Under the pieces are notes generated by a model that made no database searches, had not been told where the DNA came from, and worked only from the letters and a program-made list of their open reading frames with translations. From the NCBI GenBank assembly GCA_002269645.1, contig NIVC01000352.1:1-64000 (forward strand): a stretch of DNA of 64,000 nt, in the 5' to 3' direction. Both the position numbers and the translations under genes were made by a program. This stretch comes from Macrostomum lignano. Taxonomy: Eukaryota. The first letter of the stretch is position 1. Each line of letters opens with the position of its first letter. This document shows positions 56,000 through 64,000 of the stretch, piece by piece.

Positions 56000-57420
56000 A
56001 AAGAGAAAGAATAGACTATAAGAAAGAGCAGAGGGGCGAGAGGAGGATCAGAGAAAATATAGAAAATAATAAAAGAGACGAGGGGGTGAGGAGAAAGCAG
56101 AGAATATGGGAGGAAGAAGCAAAAGGAAGGATAGAGGAGGGAGAAGAAACAGTAGAGGTGAGAAGAAGGAGACAGAAGAGTTAAGAGATGAGACAGAGAA
56201 TCAATGAGAGAGCAGGGTAGAGAAGAGTGAGAAGAAAGTAGAGATGAGTAGACATAAGAGAACAGAGAGGAGATGAGAGAGGATTGAGAGGAGCGATTAG
56301 AAAGGATAGAGAAGAGATAAGAGGGGGAGAGAGGAGTGAGAAGAGAGGAGAAAAATGAGATAGAGTCGCAAAAGAAAAGGGGAGAAAGGAGAGATGATAG
56401 AGTAAAGGGAAGAGGAGGAGAGAGGAAAGAGATGAGATTTTAGAGATGAGAGAGATGAAAGAAAAACTGAAAGAGTAGAGATGAAAGATGAAGGAAGAGA
56501 GAGAGCAGAGTGCAAAGACGAGAGAAGAGAATAGAGGGAGAGAGTAGAGAAGAGGGAAGAGAAGTAAGGAAAGAGAGGAGTCAGAAGAGGGGAAAGAGAA
56601 GACTACACTGGAGAGAACATATAAGAGTAAAGATGACAGATGAGAGAAAAGAGATGAGAGAGCAGAAACGAGAGTGAACAGACGAGAGATAGGAGAGTAG
56701 AGAGAGAAGAGGAGAGATAAGAAATGAGGTGAGAGGTGGAGACAAGGGAGAGATGAGAAGTAAGTGAGGAGAGAGGAGGGGAGGGAAGAGAATCAAGAGG
56801 ACAGGGAAAATTGGTGGAAAGGGTGAGAGAGGAGAGGAAAGAGGGGAGAGATTAGAAAGAAGAGAGATGGGACAGGACAGGAGAGAGCAGAGAGAGAGAG
56901 AGAGAGAGAAAGAGAAAGAGAGAAGGAGAGGAGAGAAAGCAGAGAGAAATGAGAAAAAGATAAGAGAGAGAAGATAAAATAAGAGAAAGGAGAGATAAGA
57001 GAGCAAAGACAAGAGAGAAGAGAGGTGAGGGAAAAGATGAGAGGAGAGAGTGAAGAGAAGAGAGGAAAAAGGAGAGAGGAGAGATGAGGGAAGTGTTGAA
57101 AGAGGGTAGAGTAAGGAGTGAGAAGAGGGGAGAGGGAAGAGAGAGTAGAGAGCAGAGAGAAATGAGAAGAGATTAAAGAAGAGAAAGGAGATATGAGAGA
57201 TCAGAGACCAGAGAGAAGAGAGGAGAGGCCAGGAGAGATAAAGAGAGAAGAGAGGAGAGGCCAGGAGAGATAAAGAGAGAAGAGAGGAGAGGCCAGGAGA
57301 GAGAAAAGAATAGAGGGGAGAGGGGAGACAAGAGACGAGACAGAAGATAGGAAACAGAAGAGAAGATACTGTAGAAGTTTCAAAGTATCCAAGGGATTTA
57401 GGGAGAGGCAGAGATAGAAG
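56000..57420. repeat. 1.4-kb purine-rich (A/G) low-complexity tract
   Basis: Almost pyrimidine-free + strand; internal short tandem GAGAGAAGAGAGGAGAGGCCAGGAGAGATAAA. Confidence 0.9.
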
Positions 57421-58232
57421 CCAGAGTTTGCCTGACATTCTGCGCTGCATCCCAGCCAACAATATAAATATTTGCCTCAAATCCTAATTTTAAATGAATG
57501 TACTCTATTTTATGTTTAACTCTGTCCTAACTATAAACAAGTTTTTGTTTGAGTTTGACCTCAGATTTTAGAATACATGCAAAAATAATTCTGGGGAATG
57601 GAGTTCCCCGGGTTCAAAATCTACAGGTTTCAACAGCTTGTAAATATATATAGAAGGCAGCCTGATGCCTCTGTGGAAAAGGCCTATACATGTGTCATTT
57701 ATAATGTTTAGTATTGTTTTAAAATTTTAATTTTGAAAAAATTCTGAAGGTAAAATTTTGGAAATGTTGAAAAAAGTGGCTAAAATAAACTAATTTCTGC
57801 AAAACTAATTTCTGCTACATATACATGTATATTTTTTTGTTTTGTTTAAATAGTAAATAAAAAGTAAAAAAAGTGAGTGTTAGTCATACTAAACTTTGTT
57901 TTTCTAAATTTTAATTTTGAAAAATTTAATTTTTAATTTAAGAAACTTAGCCAATTTGATATGTTACAGAAAATGCTTTTTTTAGAACATCTAATATGCT
58001 AAAATGCAGTAAAATAATTTGACTCTATTCTAAAGTGCGCATCCATAAGTTTTCAATATTTATTCCAACGCAGCAGGGTTTCAAATAGTTTTATAAAGTG
58101 CATACTAGGTATATAGACACTTTTTTCTTAGGAGTCATGCATGCCAATTATGCATGCCTAACTTTTGGCTTGCAAGGCCAATGCATACCTATATTTTTGG
58201 GCATACTATATGATCTAGAGTGTGGTATACAT

Positions 58233-59327
58233 TAGGGCTCGGACGGGATCAAAATTTTCGGGCGGGATCGAGATCGGGATTGAAATTTTTTAATGGGCAG
58301 GATTCGGGCAGGATTAGTCGGGAGTATACTGTTTTGTGATATTATATAGATATATATATATATATATATATATTATATTACTAATTTACTGTCAATAAAT
58401 AATATATTTTGATAATAATAATAATATTAATATTATTATTATTATTATTATTGTATAGATTATATATTATATAATATATATATAATATTATATATAATAT
58501 ATATATATATACTACAGATATAGTATAGTCAATACTAGCTATAAGTTATAACTAGCTATCTATAACTTCATTCTAGCCTATATTAGCTATATAGTTACTT
58601 ATTAAGTTATTATTATTGAATATTGATAGTTGGATACTAGATACTAGTAGTTGTAGTCTTGTAGACTAGATGATTATTAATATTATGCTTACCTATATCA
58701 GCTATATGTCATGTACTGATTCATCACTGAACCTATTAGTATTATTATGCTTTATAATTTAGATATAATATAGCTAGGCCTAGAAGAAAAGAAATGAATA
58801 TATTAGTTTGTTTTGTATTGCATATCATGTTATTATATATATTGATAATTGAGTAAATTGACTAATTATAATTGATGAATAATTTGTGCAACATCTGTGC
58901 GCCACTTCACGAGTAGAGTTTTCTAAGAAAGGCAATCGTACGAAAAGTCTTTTTTAAATATTACAAATATTTTCATTTTAAACAAACTTAAATTATGCTT
59001 ACAAAAAGAGTAATGCGAAATAAACATTCTATACAAATACAAATACTAGTACTATACTATACTAAACTAATACTATTCTACTATACAATACTATACTAAT
59101 ACTAGTACAAATACTATACGTGAAGCAAAAAATTCTTATGTATCATTAAAACAAAATTTGTTACAATATCGATATACTTATTTTCACAAAATACATTTGC
59201 AAGAAAGTTACCTTACCTGAGATTTCCGAAACACTGCATCAGAAAGTGCAAATATTCCCGATTCCCGACGGGTCACAAACTCGGGATCGGGATCCCGAAA
59301 AAAGCTCGGGATCCCGTCTGAGCTCTA
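58233..59327. mobile_element. hAT-family MITE, 1095 bp, with 8-bp TSD GTATACAT
   Basis: TIR TAGGGCTCGGACGGGATC / GATCCCGTCTGAGCTCTA; identical GTATACAT at 58225-58232 and 59328-59335; subterminal CGGGAT repeats; AT-rich noncoding interior. Confidence 0.9.
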
Positions 59328-59775
59328 GTATACATTGTGTGTAATGCATAGACACTTTATTTGGCCATATATTTAATTTTTCAAAAGTGCATTAGACACT
59401 ATTTATCAAGACCCCTATTTATTCTACTAAAGGTTCAAACTATAATTTTAATATAATAAGCCAAATCCTAAACCTTTTAAACCTATGCAAAATAGAAAAC
59501 TAGTTTGTATTTCTTGGTAAAAGAAATATATTTTCTTTATTATAATAGGCTCTTAATAATATAAGCCTGCCAGTCTTTCATTTGAGCAATGCAAATGCAC
59601 TAGCCTAGCTTGGGGTTTGGTGCACTTAGCCAGCCAGACAGGCTGGGGGTTGATTGCTCTCATGCCTTTTAAAAATAATTGCATTGGTACTTTTCTTTCT
59701 TGGCCTCGCATAAGACATGAGCTGCCAAAGAAGCATATTTCATAAGTTAAAGTTGATCCCACCTTACAGCCAAGC

Positions 59776-62278
59776 ATGAAGCTCATAATTGATGTAGACA
59801 CAGGCATGGACGATGCTCAGGCATTGTTGCTGGCGCTCCGCAGTCCCCAAGCCCAGGTCCTGGCTGTCACCTGCATTGGCGGCAATGTTCCTCTGGACCT
59901 AGTAGTTCGCAACACCCGCCTAGTGGTGGCAGCTGCTAACTGGCCCGGACAGCCAGCGCCACGCGTGTTTGCTGGCTGCAGTCGGCCGCTGGTGTCAGAC
60001 GGCGATGGAGAGATCCGAGCGACGCATTATCACGGCAGCGATGGCATTGCCGGCGCCTGGGAGAAGCTCACCTCTAGCGACTCAACAAAGTCAGAAGTGG
60101 AGGCCGCGGTGAACTCTGTGCCAGTGGAATCCATGCACGCCGCCCTGGGCCTGATTGAGCTGGTGTCGCAGAACAAAGGCGAGGTCACCCTGCTGGCCCT
60201 GGCTCCATTGACCAACATTGCGCTGGCGCTGCGCCTCGAGCCGCGCCTTGGCACCTGGTTGAGAAGCCTAGTAGTCATGGGCGGCGCCTATCAGTCTATG
60301 GGCAATAATGAGCGCCATCTTAGCGCCGAGTTCAACTTTGTACACGATCCGGAGGCGGCGCGCCTTGTGCTGCACGAGATGCTGCCCTGTCCCAGGCTGA
60401 TCGTCCCTTACGAAGCCTGCTTGGAGAGCAGCCTGCCGTTTGATTGGGCGATTACCTGGGCCGCTGGTGGTAACGCTGCTGACGAGCCTAAGCCCTTGTG
60501 GCGTCGTCTCCATGAGCTGATTGTGTCTCACCAGTGCCTGATGCAGCGTGGTCAGGTCTGTGTTCAGGATTGTTCTTTGTTTTAACCTGTTTCAGCCTTG
60601 GTTTTGACATCTTGAGTTTGATTTTGGCATCAGGACTTTGATTTTGGCATCCTGAATTTGATTGTGGCATCCTGAATTTGATTCTGGCATCCTGACTTTG
60701 ATTGTGGCATCCTGACTTTGATTCTGGCATCCTGACTTTGATTCTGGCATCCTGAATTTGATTATGGCATCCTGACTTTGATTGTGGCATCCTGAATTTG
60801 ATTCTGGCATCTTGACTTTGATTCTGGCATCCTGAATTTGATTCTGGCATCCTGACTTTGATTGTGGCATCCTGAATTTGATTCTGGCATCTTGACTTTG
60901 ATTCTGGCATCCTGACTTTGATTCTGGCATCAGGACTTTGATTCTGGCATCCTGAATTTGATTCTGGCATCCTGACTTTGATTGTGGCATTCTGAATTTG
61001 ATTCTGGCATCCTGACTTTGATTCTGGCATCCTGACTTTGATTCTGGCATCGTGAATTTGATTGTGGCATTCTGAATTTGATTCTGGCATCCTGACTTTG
61101 ATTCTGGCATCCTGAATTAGATTCTGGCATCAGGACTTTGATTCTGGCATCCTGAATTTGATTCTGGCATCAGGACTTTGATTGTGGCATCCTGACTTTG
61201 ATTGTGGCATCAGGACTTTGATTCTGGCATCCTGACTTTGATTGTGGCATCCTGACTTTGATTCTGGCATCCTGACTTTGATTTTGGCATCCTGACTTTG
61301 ATTCTGGCATCTTGACTTTGATTCTGGCATCCTGAATTTGATTCTGGCATCCTGACTTTGATTCTGGCATCCTGACTTTGATTCTGGCATCCTGACTTTG
61401 ATTCTGGCATCCTGAATTTGATTCTGGCATCCTGACTTTGATTCTGGCATCCTGACTTTGATTGTGGCATCCTGACTTTGATTCTGGCATCCTGAATTTG
61501 ATTCTGGCATCCTGACTTTGATTTTGGCATCCTGAATTTGATTGTGGCATCCTGACTTTGATTCTGGCATCCTGAGTTTGATTCTGGCATGACTGAGTTT
61601 GGCATCATGACTGTGTTTATAGCATCCTGAAGGTGAGAGATTTCAACTAAGACTACTGAGAAAAGTAGACGAATAAAGACTTGAATCGTAAAATCTCTCA
61701 CCTAGCCCGAAAATGTCGCCATTAGAAACGGCAGCATATAAAAGAAACCATCTGTGCACACTGGGAGTGGTTGGCGTGTGGCCATGGCTGACTGACGAAG
61801 GCCAACAATCCAGAAACCGGTCTTGGTCTGCCTGCGCCGAGGTTCGATCTCCACTTTTAGTGTGTCACAGCAGACAGTGCTTCCTGTATTAAAGTTATTT
61901 AGGCTAATCAGCATGTGCACCGGTCTCACTTTCACACAGTATAGGATAGCTACGTACTATCTACTAAGAGTAGGCACCTATGAATTCAAATTATTATGAT
62001 TTCAGACGTTCGCGCTCACCCTGGCCCAGCCGTTGGCCTATCGCAGCTGCGACCTGCTGGCGGCCAGCATCTGCCTGCTGCCCAGCGTAGCCTCAGACGT
62101 ACTGGAGAAGCGTTGCACTATTGAACTGGCCGGCGGCGTCACCAGAGGTCAGCTGGTGGTTGATTGGTTCGACAAGGCGGACCGCGGGCTCAGCAAAGTG
62201 GCCACCGTGTCAGCCAGGTTTGTGACCAAAGTCGCACTGGATGCCTACCGGGCACTGCTGTTTGAAACTCTGGGATAA
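59776..62278 (+). CDS. Inosine-uridine preferring nucleoside hydrolase family protein, about 350 aa
   Basis: Ca-binding motif DVDTGMDDA, GNV, HGSDG, LAPLTNIALAL, VMGG, AEFNFVHDPEAA; exons 59776-60555 and 62006-62278 (phase 0); SCDLLAA and TRGQLVVDW in exon 2. Confidence 0.92.
60597..61590. repeat. 20-bp minisatellite (GATTCTGGCATCCTGACTTT), about 50 copies, in the hydrolase intron
   Basis: Direct. Confidence 0.97.
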
Positions 62279-62449
62279 TAGGGTTTTTCACTGCCAATTA
62301 TTGACTATGCAGCTCTGCAGTCTCGGGTTATCAACTTAATAAAGAAAAATGAATTGTTAATTTTGCCTCAATAATCAATGTTGCTTTAGTTAGTTACTAT
62401 GCAATTTAAAGTCGGAATATGCAATACTTTCCGTTCATGTTGGTAACTA

Positions 62450-62872
62450 GCCTGAATTCATGGTGTCACCATTGCCTGAATAGCCTGAATGTACAGTATC
62501 ACCTTTGCCTGAATAGCCTGAATGTACAGTGTCACCATTGCCTGAATAGCCTGAATGTACAGTGTCACCATTGCCTGAATAGCCTGAATGTACAGTGTCA
62601 CCATTGCCTGAATAGCCTGAATGTACAGTGTCACCATTGCCTGAATAGCCTGAATGTACAGTGTCACCATTGCCTGAATAGCATGAATGTACAGTGTCAC
62701 CATTGCCTGAATAGCCTGAATGCATGGTGTCATCATTGTTTGAATAGCCTGAATGTACAGTGTCACCATTGCCTGAATAGCCTGAATGTACAGTGTCACC
62801 ATTGCCTGAATAGCCTGAATGTACAGTGTCACCATTGCCTGAATAGCCTGAATGTACAGTGTCACCATTGCT
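62450..62872. repeat. 33-bp minisatellite (CCTGAATAGCCTGAATGTACAGTGTCACCATTG), about 13 copies
   Basis: Direct. Confidence 0.96.
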
Positions 62873-63303
62873 TAGCTATTGATCAAGACTAACACAATCA
62901 GCTAATTAAATACATGTACTTTTAACCTATTTTCAATCTGCATGCAGCTCTTTCTAAATGAAATTGAAATGCTTTTACGATACATATTTAGTACAATATA
63001 CAGATTAAATTTATGTTTAAATGTTGAGATTTATCCCCTTGCGTCTTTTCAATACCAGATTTATTAAATTGAAACTTTGATTCTGAAACGTGGCTAGTAT
63101 GTTTTAATGGCCTCTGTTTAACTGGTCTATTAATTATATTTATAGTATGCTAATGCGCATTTTAACTACATTAATCGTTTCCGGTCTATTAGATTTTACC
63201 TGCAATGATTTTTAAAATAAATTAGTAATGTCTTAATGTTTCTTTTGTTTTTTAGTGTACTGTTTTTACACTTGAACTTTACAGTATGAATTATTGCATA
63301 AAC

Positions 63304-64000
<697 letters not shown>

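Noticed and set aside
56297-57480. Hydrophobic Leu/Ser/Phe ORFs resembling membrane proteins
   Set aside because: Translation of the pyrimidine strand of the A/G tract.
59776-62278. Horizontal transfer of a bacterial nucleoside hydrolase
   Set aside because: Gene has a spliceosomal intron and host-like codon usage, and the family is known in invertebrates; no evidence without a phylogeny.
60488-62892. MPESKSGCQNQ and HHCLNSLNVQC repeat ORFs
   Set aside because: Translations of 20-bp and 33-bp minisatellites.

Overview
Gene-dense, repeat-rich invertebrate genomic DNA with spliceosomal GT-AG introns. GC-rich exons in AT-rich, minisatellite-filled introns resemble a free-living flatworm such as Macrostomum, but that is inference only. 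Genes rebuilt by hand from splice sites and reading frames: an alpha7-like nicotinic acetylcholine receptor subunit (428-7100), an intronless 588-aa orphan, a NAT8-like GNAT acetyltransferase, a frameshifted and 3'-truncated clan-2 cytochrome P450, a complete 4-exon PRORP/MRPP3, RPS23, a small ubiquitin-like ORF, a PAN plus F-type lectin with a decayed copy, two tandem penta-EF-hand genes (one hosting a nested antisense ORF), a secreted PAN plus ALK/LTK-type glycine-rich protein, a pacifastin-like peptide, a Q/P-rich orphan and a nucleoside hydrolase. Mobile DNA includes an apparently intact 6.7-kb CMC/EnSpm (CACTA-type) transposon with TIRs, a 2-bp TSD, a transposase and a 7-exon accessory gene, plus a hAT MITE with a perfect 8-bp TSD, tRNA-derived SINEs and nested foldback elements. 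The most striking observation is that the receptor gene carries two adjacent pairs of tandemly duplicated exons (195-nt loop C/TM1 exon x2 and 87-nt pore-lining TM2 exon x2). This looks like a double mutually exclusive splicing cassette able to swap both the ligand-binding loop and the pore lining. No database search or folding could be run, so all family assignments are motif-based.
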